From the UHGV virus genome UHGV-1351068: DNA of 64,000 nucleotides; one strand, written 5' to 3'. The stretch is from a virus. The translations under genes and the position numbers were made by a program. Below the pieces are notes generated by a model, which saw only the letters and a list, made by a program, of their open reading frames with translations, was not told the DNA's origin and ran no database searches. Positions 55,561 to 64,000 of this stretch are shown here, one piece after another. The stretch's first letter is position 1. Each line of letters begins with the position of its first letter.

Positions 55561-56757
55561 TTATTTTGTCATTAACTCAAATTGTTCTTTAAAGCAATGC
55601 TCAGAATCTTGGTGTTCTACCAGGAATTCAAATGCTTTATTTCGCTCTTTATCATAGAGCTTCTGGTCAGATGACAGATGTTTCATTCGTTCAAAGACTT
55701 CATTTTTATTTTCATCATTCAACCACAGAATGCCAGAATCATGAGAAGTCAATGGCTTTCCATCAACCCGGAATTTCAAAGCATCACCAGTAGCTTTATG
55801 GAACACAGGAATAGTTCCACAAGCGCCTAGTTCTAAATGCGTGTATTCCAGAGAACGCTCAAGGAATTTATCCGGAAGACGTGACAGCTGATAGCCAAAT
55901 CCAGACTGAGACATACGCTCAAGCATCTCAGAGTTAACATATCGGTCAAGAACTTGAGGATTCAGACCTGGTCCAGTTTTAACCTGATGATAATGACGGC
56001 AATAATCGATTTCATAGCGTTCTTTGATGTTAATAAACGCAGGACTGCGTTCTAACCCTTCCAAGATAGTCGTTTTGCCTGCGGGACGCAGATGACTTTC
56101 ATGGAAATCAAACATCAAGAAATAGCCTTTCCACGTAGTAGTACGACCAATCCAACGATGGATATCAAAGTCAATAGCAGAGAAGTCTTTCCAATACTTA
56201 TCACGAATTGCTTTGATGTTCATAGCAGGTTGAAAGTTATAAACTGGAGGAGCTGAGTCAGAATCATCAAAGAAACTCAACCCGCCGCTTGGAAAATATT
56301 CTTCCATTAGCACGGTATTAAAATCGCCGTTTGAGCTATGACTAAACAGTACATCAGCACGCTTAACGGTTTCTTCAAGACCAGCATTTCTACGAAGTGA
56401 CAAGGCTCTATGGTCATGTTGATATACGACTACCCGAACCTCAGGTTTAATGTTCTCTATGAGCTTCTTATAGTTATCAATCGCTGCTTCTGGAGCGTTG
56501 ACAGCAGGTACTGAGTTGATGATAAGAATGTCACATGCGTTAAGCAGAGATAAAGTCTTATCGTAGTCATCTGCAAGAGACACAGGAATAGTTACATCTT
56601 TATAGCTATGTGCTCTATTACGAGTAAACGCTTTATCTTTAGCGTAAATGATATTTACTTCATGGCCATGTTTTACTAACCACTCACGATGCTCGAGACT
56701 GAACTTGGTTACGCCACATCCCTCAAGTCCGCGAGCCATTAAAATATTAATCTTCAT
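55561..56757 (-). CDS. a-gt: Alpha-glucosyltransferase (hmC DNA alpha-glucosylation)
   Basis: Trimmed to MKINILMARGLEGCGVTKFSLE.R.W..K.GHEV...YAKDK.FTR...H.....IPV.LA..YDK.L.L.N.CDILIINSVPA, near-identical to T4 AGT (400 aa). The track's N-terminal extension runs through terminator 56812-56827. Confidence 0.9.
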   Translation of the reverse strand: MKINILMARGLEGCGVTKFSLEHREWLVKHGHEVNIIYAKDKAFTRNRAHSYKDVTIPVSLADDYDKTLSLLNACDILIINSVPAVNAPEAAIDNYKKLIENIKPEVRVVVYQHDHRALSLRRNAGLEETVKRADVLFSHSSNGDFNTVLMEEYFPSGGLSFFDDSDSAPPVYNFQPAMNIKAIRDKYWKDFSAIDFDIHRWIGRTTTWKGYFLMFDFHESHLRPAGKTTILEGLERSPAFINIKERYEIDYCRHYHQVKTGPGLNPQVLDRYVNSEMLERMSQSGFGYQLSRLPDKFLERSLEYTHLELGACGTIPVFHKATGDALKFRVDGKPLTSHDSGILWLNDENKNEVFERMKHLSSDQKLYDKERNKAFEFLVEHQDSEHCFKEQFELMTK

Positions 56758-56811
56758 ATATTGACCTTTGTTGTTAATTTTGGATATTTTACCATTCCCG
56801 TAATAAAGCAA

Positions 56812-56827
56812 AAGGGCCGAAGCCCTT
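56812..56827 (-). terminator. Rho-independent terminator upstream of alpha-gt (aagggc-cgaa-gccctt + TTTTGCTTTATT on minus strand)
   Basis: 6-bp stem with T-rich tail, after ORF 56827-57093. Confidence 0.5.
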
Positions 56828-57093
56828 TAAATTTTCTTGTATACAACATAACCTGCCGCTTCACATATACGCTTAGCTTCTTCAAAGCGTTTAAGCATAT
56901 CCACCTTGGAATTATGAATTTTATCATAATCGGGAGCAGGTGCTTCTCTTCGAGCGGTGTCACATTTATAACAGAAGTAACTACGCTTTGGTCCTGTATA
57001 ACGTTCTGAACAATTACTACACCGGCACGCGTAATTTCCTTCAGGCCAATCATGCCCAGGATTAGAACCCATCAAATTCGTCATACATCCCAA
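56827..57093 (-). CDS. Cys-rich hypothetical protein (88 aa), possible zinc finger
   Basis: CRCSNCSERY...CYKCDTARR. ATG start. Confidence 0.4.
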   Translation of the reverse strand: MGCMTNLMGSNPGHDWPEGNYACRCSNCSERYTGPKRSYFCYKCDTARREAPAPDYDKIHNSKVDMLKRFEEAKRICEAAGYVVYKKI

Positions 57094-57103
57094 TTCTCTT
57101 CAT

Positions 57104-57301
57104 TTACCATTCATACCACCGTTTAACTTGGAAGGTGTCAACCCAGACAAGAGAGTTCTTATCTATTAGCTTACATCCTTCGGTAGAACCTAACACACGA
57201 TATTGATTATCTGCTACTTTTACTGCCATCGTTCCAGTAGCAGTGTTCAAAGTAAATCCCGCGTCTTTACGTATACGTTTAAATTTTACTTGTACCAGCA
57301 T
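57104..57301 (-). CDS. hypothetical protein (65 aa)
   Basis: ATG start. Overlaps the upstream ORF. Confidence 0.35.
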   Translation of the reverse strand: MLVQVKFKRIRKDAGFTLNTATGTMAVKVADNQYRVLGSTEGCKLIDKNSLVWVDTFQVKRWYEW

Positions 57302-57581
57302 TTAGAATGTCCCAAACTGATTTACGAGAGGTATTCCAGCAAGTCAGAATAATCTCATCGGTAAAAGGTTGTTTTAAAATAGTACGCAGTTTTTCAATAG
57401 CATACTTGTAAGCAGGGAAATTGTTGTCTAATACCGCGTCTCCAGCATGAGCTTTTAATCGCTCAAGTTCACGACGGTTTTTACGAACAACTTTGTTGGC
57501 TCGAGCAATAGCTTGTTCTTCTGCAGCTTCCATTAGTTTCTGCTGCAGTTCGTCGCGCTCTTCCTGGGTAATATTGTTCAT
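57279..57581 (-). CDS. hypothetical protein (100 aa), coiled-coil N-terminus
   Basis: ATG start. Confidence 0.4.
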   Translation of the reverse strand: MNNITQEERDELQQKLMEAAEEQAIARANKVVRKNRRELERLKAHAGDAVLDNNFPAYKYAIEKLRTILKQPFTDEIILTCWNTSRKSVWDILNAGTSKI

Positions 57582-57582
57582 G

Positions 57583-57813
57583 TTATTCCTTTGGATGGTA
57601 ATTTATTTCAAATGTGAATTCAGTATCAGTCCAATTATAACTATGTTCAATTATAGCAGAATCTGATCTGAAATCAGCGTCATGTGGATTTTTCGGGTCA
57701 ATGTGAATATCAAGATCAAGCACCTCCCTTAAATACATCTTTAGCAAATAAGGGATAGCGTCTAGGTCTTGCACATCTTCTAAAAACCCGTCGAGGTTAA
57801 TCTTCAGCCTCAT
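57583..57813 (-). CDS. hypothetical protein (start uncertain; 55.x position)
   Basis: The track ORF 57583-57894 overlaps the gene 55 3' end by about 100 nt. Likely begins at an internal ATG (57813 or 57738). Confidence 0.3.
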   Translation of the reverse strand: MRLKINLDGFLEDVQDLDAIPYLLKMYLREVLDLDIHIDPKNPHDADFRSDSAIIEHSYNWTDTEFTFEINYHPKE

Positions 57814-58345
57814 ATAAAAATTCCAGATTAGGTCCATCACTTGTAGGTTCGCTCTTTTTAGCAGACCCTGGCGCCTTATAAGCGGTGGATTCATACTGCG
57901 TCATTTTATCGTAGATGTCCTGAATAAAGGTTTCATCTGCTAACGCAACCATATCATCGTCCCGTGAATCATACACGTTGTGGACAAAATAGCTGTATTT
58001 CTTTGCCATTTCTTTGCGTTCTTTTTTGATACGCTGAACGAATGCATTGAAACAAGCTTGGGTTATATACGCATGCGGGTTATCATACTTAGTTTCATCG
58101 AAGTTGATTAAGCCTTTAATTGCGGCTTCAATCCCGTCTGAAATCATTTCTTGCTTCCAAGATTGGGTGTATCCTGAAAAGTTGAAACGCTTACTCAGAC
58201 CTTCTGCGATCAGCATAATAGCAAGGCCGATCGTATCGTTCTGTTTTACTACTCGAGGACCGCCAGCAGCTTCAGACTCCCGACACTTCTCTTTCCATGA
58301 ACAGATTGATTTATACAACTCCTTGTTATTTACATAATTACTCAT
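57797..58345 (-). CDS. 55: gp55 late-promoter sigma factor
   Basis: Trimmed to [10 protein letters not shown]... [113 protein letters not shown] is near-identical to T4 gp55 (185 aa). Confidence 0.93.
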   Translation of the reverse strand: MSNYVNNKELYKSICSWKEKCRESEAAGGPRVVKQNDTIGLAIMLIAEGLSKRFNFSGYTQSWKQEMISDGIEAAIKGLINFDETKYDNPHAYITQACFNAFVQRIKKERKEMAKKYSYFVHNVYDSRDDDMVALADETFIQDIYDKMTQYESTAYKAPGSAKKSEPTSDGPNLEFLYEAED

Positions 58346-58411
58346 ATTGCCTCTTCGCTTCAATTAATAATATCTATTATAACAAATTTGGGAAGCGAGA
58401 GGATTAAAGCA

Positions 58412-58657
58412 TTACTTAATCAATTCAGCGCATGCAATTAATTTCATCATGATACGATAAAAATCGTTATACGTGAAATCTAATGGAACATCAATGACGG
58501 CTTCAAAATCTTCAAATACACGTTCCATTCCATAACCAGCGATATCATCTGATTCAGCATACCAGTACGTTCCATCTTGTGCAAAAGTTATTTGGCTATT
58601 TTCAAGACAGAACACACCTTTAATATTTTCATGGGTAAGAGTCAATTGAATTTTCAC
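58412..58657 (-). CDS. small acidic hypothetical protein (81 aa), paralog-set member A
   Basis: ATG start. ATGA coupling. Shares an aromatic/acidic pattern and the F.RIM..L motif with the next two ORFs. Confidence 0.4.
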   Translation of the reverse strand: MKIQLTLTHENIKGVFCLENSQITFAQDGTYWYAESDDIAGYGMERVFEDFEAVIDVPLDFTYNDFYRIMMKLIACAELIK

Positions 58658-58932
58658 AGTTCACCCTTCATAATACGATAGCATTGGAACAACTGTTCCA
58701 TGATACGTTTGAATTCAACCAAACTAAGTTCAAACCAATCAGATTCATCTACTTCATGCATCATTTCCATGAATGAAGAGTATAGACTTTCATAATGAGT
58801 TTCATTTAACATAGAAGCATGGGTTTCCCAATACATGCTCTCTTCATTGTCAAACCAAACACCCATATAAGAATCTATAGTAAATCCGCCGATGCCTTCT
58901 ACTACAATCGTAATTTGGTTTATTTTAGCCAT
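58654..58932 (-). CDS. small acidic hypothetical protein (92 aa), paralog-set member B
   Basis: GG.T.DSYMGVWF.NEES...E...F..RIMEQL pattern similar to the 81-aa neighbour. Confidence 0.4.
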   Translation of the reverse strand: MAKINQITIVVEGIGGFTIDSYMGVWFDNEESMYWETHASMLNETHYESLYSSFMEMMHEVDESDWFELSLVEFKRIMEQLFQCYRIMKGEL

Positions 58933-59144
58933 GCTTTCACCGCATCAATAGCATCTTCAAATTTAGAGAAAGCATCCACGGACGTGTATTCATTCTCTCC
59001 AGAGCGTTCATAAATCCAAAACGCATCAAAATCTTCTTCAATGATGAATTCCCCGTTAGGAGTTTCAATCGTGTTTCTGCCATCAGGCGTTTTAGATATG
59101 AACCATCCAAGAAAACCAACTTCTGCAATTTGTTCTTCAGTCAT
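58920..59144 (-). CDS. small acidic hypothetical protein (74 aa), paralog-set member C
   Basis: VGFLGWFISKT...EDFDAFWIYE. Same composition class. Confidence 0.4.
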   Translation of the reverse strand: MTEEQIAEVGFLGWFISKTPDGRNTIETPNGEFIIEEDFDAFWIYERSGENEYTSVDAFSKFEDAIDAVKAWLK

Positions 59145-59436
59145 TTAAAATTTCCACCAATTGATTATAGTTTAATGCTTTTCCAGAAGAAATCATAACA
59201 TTACAAAATCTGTATAATGCTTCTTTTGATACTTTATACACGTAATCGGAAGTTGTTACAATGTATGAAATACGTACAAATGTTGGGGATTTTTCTGCTA
59301 ATTCGTATGCTAGTTTTCTAGCTCTGCCAATGTCATCAGCAAACTTGGTATCAGCAAGCAAAATACTATCAAACACCCAACGGCTGGTAAAAATTTCTGT
59401 GTATAGAATAACTTTACGCATCAAGATATTCCTCAA
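59137..59436 (-). CDS. hypothetical protein (99 aa)
   Basis: ATG start. Overlap coupling. Confidence 0.4.
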   Translation of the reverse strand: MRNILMRKVILYTEIFTSRWVFDSILLADTKFADDIGRARKLAYELAEKSPTFVRISYIVTTSDYVYKVSKEALYRFCNVMISSGKALNYNQLVEILND

Positions 59437-59689
59437 GTTCTTTTAAAGTAAGACCTTCTGCCCACTTGTATTCATCATTTACTACAGATTGATGATCAGC
59501 ACTCATTGGATAAAATTTACATTTGCCTGGAAATCCATATTTCATATGGGTTCGTGTATCAAAACGTCTATCAAGATATTGTTGTACACCTACAATCGTG
59601 GTGTATTCGTCAATAACGACAATGTTAGATCGTAATTCTAGAATGCAAAATCGTACGCGAGAAGGACATCCGTTTTGATTTAGTTTCAT
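59414..59689 (-). CDS. hypothetical protein (91 aa)
   Basis: ATG start. Contains VVIDEYTT. Possible small nuclease-like fold, unverified. Confidence 0.35.
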   Translation of the reverse strand: MKLNQNGCPSRVRFCILELRSNIVVIDEYTTIVGVQQYLDRRFDTRTHMKYGFPGKCKFYPMSADHQSVVNDEYKWAEGLTLKELEEYLDA

Positions 59690-60018
59690 TTTGCCGCCTT
59701 AACCGCTTTCACATCACGAAAACCTTTCTTGCGTTGGTTTTTCATTTTGCGAATAGCGGATTCAGAAATTTCACCAACACCAACTACGATGGGTTCTACA
59801 CCGAATGCTTTAATACCAAACTCAGACAGAAGATAAGCTACGACCAATTCGCGGATGCGTGCTTTACCAATTTTTTGTCCTTCTTCTTTCATCGTACCGT
59901 GGAGTTCAACTTCCCATTGGTCAAGAAGGGCAGGAGTTACATGACGACCGTCTTCCAACATAGCAGAAACTTTATAGTATGCGAAAGCGTTCAGTGCGTT
60001 TTTAATTGCTTGGGACAT
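59686..60018 (-). CDS. hypothetical protein (110 aa), basic C-terminus
   Basis: ATGA coupling. Lys/Arg-rich tail RKMKNQRKKGFRDVKAVKAAK. Confidence 0.4.
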   Translation of the reverse strand: MSQAIKNALNAFAYYKVSAMLEDGRHVTPALLDQWEVELHGTMKEEGQKIGKARIRELVVAYLLSEFGIKAFGVEPIVVGVGEISESAIRKMKNQRKKGFRDVKAVKAAK

Positions 60019-60082
60019 ATTAATTTCCTCAGTAACGATTGTTTTGACAGAGGAGATTTTAAATCAAATCTCCTGTAGCAAA

Positions 60083-60325
60083 TCAATCTTTGAGAGATTT
60101 TAACTCTTCGAGCATATCGTAGTATTCTTTACTAGCAACCGGAGCTACAGTACAGTGGTAGCTATTGAATTCATGATATTTCACGAAGCGTTCAAGGTGC
60201 CACTTAATCAGATTGTTAATTCGGTGAAGCAGACCCCCATCTGAACCGACGTAGACAACCACTTCAAATTGAAGCCCATCCCAAATTCGGGTACGGACGA
60301 TATCACCTACAGCAAAAGTTTTCAT
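60083..60325 (-). CDS. hypothetical protein (about 80 aa)
   Basis: Trimmed to the ATG that forms an ATGA overlap with the upstream ORF stop (MKTFAVGDIV...). Confidence 0.4.
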   Translation of the reverse strand: MKTFAVGDIVRTRIWDGLQFEVVVYVGSDGGLLHRINNLIKWHLERFVKYHEFNSYHCTVAPVASKEYYDMLEELKSLKD

Positions 60326-60510
60326 GCGATGTACCAATGTTCGTTTTGCCAAGACTCACCCTTGTACCAGCGAGTCATATCATATCCATTTTCATCACAG
60401 ATGACCTTGTTCTTCATCAAGAAGTATTCGTCATCAGTAAAATGCACATGCTTTACTTTACAGCCTTTACTCATAGCTTCTAGAGCTTCTTGCCAATTTA
60501 ACCAGTTCAT
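60322..60510 (-). CDS. DUF2829-like small protein; candidate Tad2-type anti-Thoeris sponge (tentative)
   Basis: 62 aa. N-terminal WQEALEAMSKGCKV resembles the DUF2829 signature (F.EAL.ALK.GKKV). C-terminal W...W...W spacing resembles the family's pW.psq.DlLaeDW end. First gene after an early promoter. Confidence 0.35.
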   Translation of the reverse strand: MNWLNWQEALEAMSKGCKVKHVHFTDDEYFLMKNKVICDENGYDMTRWYKGESWQNEHWYIA

Positions 60511-60555
60511 ATTTTCCTCTCGAGTTAAACGGTATGCTGTTATCCATTGATAGAG

Positions 60556-60588
60556 CTATAGTATCACTCATCAGCTAGCTTGTAAACA
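60556..60588 (-). promoter_or_regulatory. Early promoter driving the 60510-58412 small-ORF cassette
   Basis: gctatagtatca ... gtaaacaacttt family member. Confidence 0.5.
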
Positions 60589-60695
60589 ACTTTGTGAAAT
60601 GGATTTAAAATAAAAGAGAGGTCCCACAGGAACCTCTAAATGAAGGGTATAGAAATATACAGAAGGTGGTCAAGATGACCTTAGAAAGGAACCGG

Positions 60696-60998
60696 TTAAT
60701 CTTCTATGATATCTGGGTCATGCCCAGCAGCAATAAGATTGGTTTTGAATGTTGGAATGTCATACTGCTTAACGTTATCCATAAAAATGACAGGATACCG
60801 AATAGCAAGCGATGGATAGCACCCGATGCGTTTAGCAAGTGACTCAATCAACGGACGGTCATAAACCGGTTGACCGTCTACCTCATTGATTACGTTATAG
60901 AACTCATACGGAAGTTGCAGCTTATCGAGCAAGTCACGAACTGCTTTACATCCAGGGCATCTCCAAACTTCTTCAGGGATGCCATAGATTTCTATCAT
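60696..60998 (-). CDS. nrdH: NrdH glutaredoxin-like protein
   Basis: 100 aa. CPGC redox motif in a thioredoxin-fold context (MIEIYGIPEEVWRCPGCKAV). Position next to nrdG as in T4. Confidence 0.75.
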   Translation of the reverse strand: MIEIYGIPEEVWRCPGCKAVRDLLDKLQLPYEFYNVINEVDGQPVYDRPLIESLAKRIGCYPSLAIRYPVIFMDNVKQYDIPTFKTNLIAAGHDPDIIED

Positions 60999-61207
60999 TT
61001 CATGACCTGTTGGAGTTTAGCAGTCAGAGTGTTAACTCGTTTCTGAAATTCTTCATTAGATAACTTTTCATCTTTCTTGGTAGGATTAATCCAATCTGCG
61101 ATGATAATAAGAACAATAAACGGAATTGCTACGAAAGCACCTGCCGTTAATGCAACCAAAGCGATAACGTTAGAAATAAATTTACGAATAGCATTAATAA
61201 ATTTCAT
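60995..61207 (-). CDS. small membrane protein (70 aa)
   Basis: TM helix VIALVALTAGAFVAIPFIVLIIIA. Coupled to the nrdH start. Confidence 0.4.
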   Translation of the reverse strand: MKFINAIRKFISNVIALVALTAGAFVAIPFIVLIIIADWINPTKKDEKLSNEEFQKRVNTLTAKLQQVMK

Positions 61208-61324
61208 AATTTTCCTTAAATAGTAAAGATGAACGCTGTCATAGCCAGAAATTCCGGTCCAAACAGTTCAGTAGCCATGTGGTTCAGGGTAAACATAATT
61301 TTGTAAGTCAGCATATCTATTTCC

Positions 61325-61795
61325 TCAATCGTGTGTCCAGGTAGAACCATTTCTTACCCAGAGTCTTTGGTTGTCAGAACCGCGCCAGTTTTTAGTAGTT
61401 GGCAGTGATTTCTCATATTTCCCATCAATTATAACATCGATGTGTTGTAGCAAATCTAAATCTTTGATATCTTCAAACTTATATCCTGTCCACATCCAGA
61501 TATCTTTCTCCGGAAATCTTGCTTTAACCCAAGAAACTAAATTTGAAATCTCTTCTCGGTTCTGTGGATAAAGTGGGTCACCACCGGTTAAGGTAAGGCC
61601 TTGGATATACGATTTGCTTAAGTGAGATGCAATTTCTTTAACGGTATTCATAGTGAATAGCTGTCCGTTACGAGCATTCCAAGTAGATTTATTATAACAC
61701 CCTTCACATTTATGCAAACACCCTGTGACAAAAAGAACGACCCTGCATCCAGGGCCATTCACAAAGTCAGAAGGGTAGATTCTGTCGAAATTCAT
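61325..61795 (-). CDS. nrdG: NrdG anaerobic ribonucleotide reductase activating enzyme (radical SAM)
   Basis: 156 aa, identical length to T4 NrdG. CxxxCxxC cluster motif GCLHKCEGCYNK. Confidence 0.9.
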   Translation of the reverse strand: MNFDRIYPSDFVNGPGCRVVLFVTGCLHKCEGCYNKSTWNARNGQLFTMNTVKEIASHLSKSYIQGLTLTGGDPLYPQNREEISNLVSWVKARFPEKDIWMWTGYKFEDIKDLDLLQHIDVIIDGKYEKSLPTTKNWRGSDNQRLWVRNGSTWTHD

Positions 61796-62000
61796 TGAAC
61801 CTTACCTCATTACGTGCTTCTACTTCTGCATCATATTTCCAGGGCTCATCAGTTTGAATAGCCCCAGCCGATAATCCACTTTCGGGGTCACGGGTTATAG
61901 CAATTCCAAGCGGATGCAGAACCTCTTTGTTGATTTTCCAAATCAATCCCCATTCGCTAAGTTGGTTCCAATCAACTTGCTTCATTGGTTTCTCTAACAT
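61767..62000 (-). CDS. possible small ORF (77 aa) overlapping the nrdD end and nrdG start
   Basis: Overlaps both neighbours by about 29 nt in other frames. Coding status doubtful. Confidence 0.25.
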   Translation of the reverse strand: MLEKPMKQVDWNQLSEWGLIWKINKEVLHPLGIAITRDPESGLSAGAIQTDEPWKYDAEVEARNEVRFNEFRQNLPF

Positions 62001-63810
62001 GTTTTACCCTATGCATAATTTCTTTGTTCTTACCAAGATTGAACCCACGCTCAGAAGGATTACCAAGATAGCCGCAAGTCCTACGAATTGTATTCATTTT
62101 CTTTGGATCAGTTTCACCGCAAATTGAACACGTGAATCCGTTTTCAGTAGGTGTCATCTCATGAGTAGAACCACAAGAAAGACATTTATCTACTGGCATA
62201 TTAACACCAAAATAATCCAACTTCTCGATAGCATAGTCCCATACCGCTTCAAGACCTTCAAGGTTGCGCTTCATGTCAGGAAGTTCAACATAAGAAATAT
62301 GACCACCTTTAGCAATGGAATGATATGGTGCTTCACGGTCAATCTTTTCAAAAGGCGACAGGTTTTCTTCTACTGACACATGGAAACTATTAGTGTACCA
62401 GCCTTTATCAGTTACGCCCTTAACATCACCAAACTTGGCTTGGTCAATCTTACAAAAACGATAGCAAAGACTTTCAGCCGGAGTAGAATACAAACTAAAG
62501 GCATAGCCGGTTTCTTCCGTCCACTTGTTTAGCTTAGTGTTAATGTACTTCAGGACGAGTTTACCACTTCCTTTAAAAGTAAGCATATCAAATTCGTGGA
62601 TGCCAATATATCCTAATGAAATTGAACTACGTCCATTTTTGAATAGCTCAAGAATTTCATCATCAGGTTTCATACGCACACCAAAAGCACCTTCCTGGTA
62701 AAGAATAGGAGCAACTGACGCAGTAACACCTTCAAGTGATTTAATTCTAGTTAAAAGAGCTTCTTTACAAATATCAAGACGTTCATCCAGTAGTTTGAAC
62801 AGTTTATTACTGTCATCCGAACTTTTATAATTTGCATCCAGAGCTATCCTAGGGAGGTTCAGTGTTACTACCCCTAGATTATTACGGCCATCAAGAACGG
62901 GTTTGCCAGAAGAGTCTCTCCAAGCACCAAGGAAACTTCTACAGCCCATTGGAGATACAGGAGTTTCTGAACCTGTAATTGCTCTATTATTTCTAGCACT
63001 GATGATATCAGGATACATGCGTTTAGCTGCGCATTCTAATGCAAGCTGCTTAATATCATAGTTCGGGTCTTCTTTACGTAGATTAATGCCTTCTTCTACA
63101 AACATCACAAGCTTTGGAAAAATTGGAGTAATTCCATCACGTCCTAATCCACGAATACGATTATCAAGAATAGCTCGTTGAATTAATTTTTCTTCCCATG
63201 ACGTGCCCATACCAAATGTGATAGTCACAAATGGAGTTTGGCCATTTGAACTGAACAAAGTATTCACTTCATATTCATACGCCTGGAAAGCATCAAATAC
63301 GTCCTTTTCTGTTTTTGAAATAGCATAATCTTTTACTAATGCTACTTGATATTTGCGAGCATCACGTACGTGCTTAGCGAATGTCTTCTCTACATAAGGA
63401 GCCAGAACTAAATCGACATTAGCAAATGTAGTTCCACCATATTGGTGAGATGCTACCTGTGCAGTGATTTGCGCCATAATAGCAGTAGCTACTCCAATAC
63501 TCTTAGGAGTTTCAATTTGAGCGTTACCAAGTTTAAAGCCATTCTGCAACATACCTTTCAAATCTACCAAACAGCAGTTGGTGAAAGGCAAAGCTGGACT
63601 GTAGTCCATATCATGAAAATGGATAACACCTTCTTTGTGTGCTTCCATTACAGAGAAAGGAATGACCTGATTGGCGATATGTTTAGATACGATACCAGCC
63701 ATCAGGTCACGTTGGGTAGGAAAAACACGAGAATCTTTGTTAGCATTCTCGTTTAAGAGGTCCTTGTTGGTTTTATTAATAAGTCCCTGGATTTCTAATT
63801 CGATATTCAT
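61972..63810 (-). CDS. nrdD: NrdD anaerobic ribonucleoside-triphosphate reductase (glycyl radical enzyme), intron-less
   Basis: 612 aa (T4 605). C-terminal glycyl-radical motif RRTCGYLGNP and Zn-ribbon CLSCG...CSICG. Continuous ORF with no group I intron as in T4 nrdD. Confidence 0.95.
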   Translation of the reverse strand: MNIELEIQGLINKTNKDLLNENANKDSRVFPTQRDLMAGIVSKHIANQVIPFSVMEAHKEGVIHFHDMDYSPALPFTNCCLVDLKGMLQNGFKLGNAQIETPKSIGVATAIMAQITAQVASHQYGGTTFANVDLVLAPYVEKTFAKHVRDARKYQVALVKDYAISKTEKDVFDAFQAYEYEVNTLFSSNGQTPFVTITFGMGTSWEEKLIQRAILDNRIRGLGRDGITPIFPKLVMFVEEGINLRKEDPNYDIKQLALECAAKRMYPDIISARNNRAITGSETPVSPMGCRSFLGAWRDSSGKPVLDGRNNLGVVTLNLPRIALDANYKSSDDSNKLFKLLDERLDICKEALLTRIKSLEGVTASVAPILYQEGAFGVRMKPDDEILELFKNGRSSISLGYIGIHEFDMLTFKGSGKLVLKYINTKLNKWTEETGYAFSLYSTPAESLCYRFCKIDQAKFGDVKGVTDKGWYTNSFHVSVEENLSPFEKIDREAPYHSIAKGGHISYVELPDMKRNLEGLEAVWDYAIEKLDYFGVNMPVDKCLSCGSTHEMTPTENGFTCSICGETDPKKMNTIRRTCGYLGNPSERGFNLGKNKEIMHRVKHVRETNEAS

Positions 63811-64000
63811 TTTAAACTCTTACGAAGCTGCTTCTTGTATTTTGAAGCAAGTTGTGATTTTCCATCACTTTCCTCGTATGTAAACCCATGCAATTCCATT
63901 TCAGCAATCATCTCAGGTTTACCAAGACGTGAAAAGCGTTTAGCCATATCGGCAACATATTGCGGGTGAATATTACTGTCTTTACGATTCTGGCGGAGAT
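63807..64000 (-). CDS. partial CDS (C-terminal 63 codons) of an upstream gene, truncated by the window edge
   Basis: Hand-translated ...NIHPQYVADMAKRFSRLGKPEMIAEMELHGFTYEESDGKSQLASKYKKQLRKSLK. Its TGA overlaps the nrdD ATG (ATGA). Confidence 0.35.
   Translation of the reverse strand, partial: LRQNRKDSNIHPQYVADMAKRFSRLGKPEMIAEMELHGFTYEESDGKSQLASKYKKQLRKSLK

Noticed and set aside
55561-56811. Track version of alpha-gt with a 18-aa N-terminal extension (MLYYGNGKISKINNKGQY...)
   Set aside because: The extension runs through the terminator hairpin at 56812-56827 and is absent from T4 alpha-gt. The homologous start MKINILMARGLEGCG has an upstream AAGG. Trimmed to 56757.
61767-62000. 77-aa ORF bridging nrdD and nrdG
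   Set aside because: It overlaps both flanking conserved genes in alternative frames by about 29 nt each and has no recognisable SD. Kept only as a low-confidence feature; probably not coding.

Overview
This window is a contiguous segment of a T4-like (Tevenvirinae) myovirus genome. Gene order follows the T4 circular map read through the rIIA/rIIB origin. Minus strand (5' end): 32, 59, 33, dsbA, rnh. Plus-strand late tail-fibre operon: 34, 35, 36, 37, a gp38-like adhesin, holin t. Minus-strand early region: asiA, an arn/motA.1 small-ORF cassette, motA, 52, small membrane peptides, ndd, a nuclease+dam operon, rIIB, rIIA, unsplit 39, an accessory small-ORF block, dexA, dda, srd-like, a Mod-type ADP-ribosyltransferase, soc, 56, primase 61, an inserted HNH homing endonuclease, sp, 41 (GTG start), 40, uvsX, a GT-A glycosyltransferase in the beta-gt slot, 42, imm, 43, regA, 62, 44, 45, rpbA, 46 (GTG start), 47, alpha-gt, a small-ORF block, 55, a second eight-ORF accessory block, nrdH, nrdG, intron-less nrdD, and a partial ORF. 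Regulation is T4-like: at least 13 copies of an early promoter (GTTTAC -35, extended TATAGTATCA-type -10), late TATAAATA promoters before 34, 36 and soc, about 12 GC-rich tetraloop terminator hairpins, and many ATGA/TAATG translationally coupled junctions. Several ORF-track starts are GTG/TTG extensions and were trimmed to conserved ATG starts. Hand-counted motif and hairpin coordinates may be off by 1-2 nt. The most notable items are: (1) gp37 (1477 aa) ending in an S74-type intramolecular chaperone, followed by a truncated gp38-like adhesin with a novel Trp-rich C-terminus; (2) a PD-(D/E)xK nuclease overlapping and co-transcribed with Dam methylase, R-M-like, with dam displaced from its T4 locus; (3) accessory small-ORF cassettes between 55 and nrdH (three paralogous acidic ORFs plus a DUF2829/Tad2-like candidate) and between asiA and motA.
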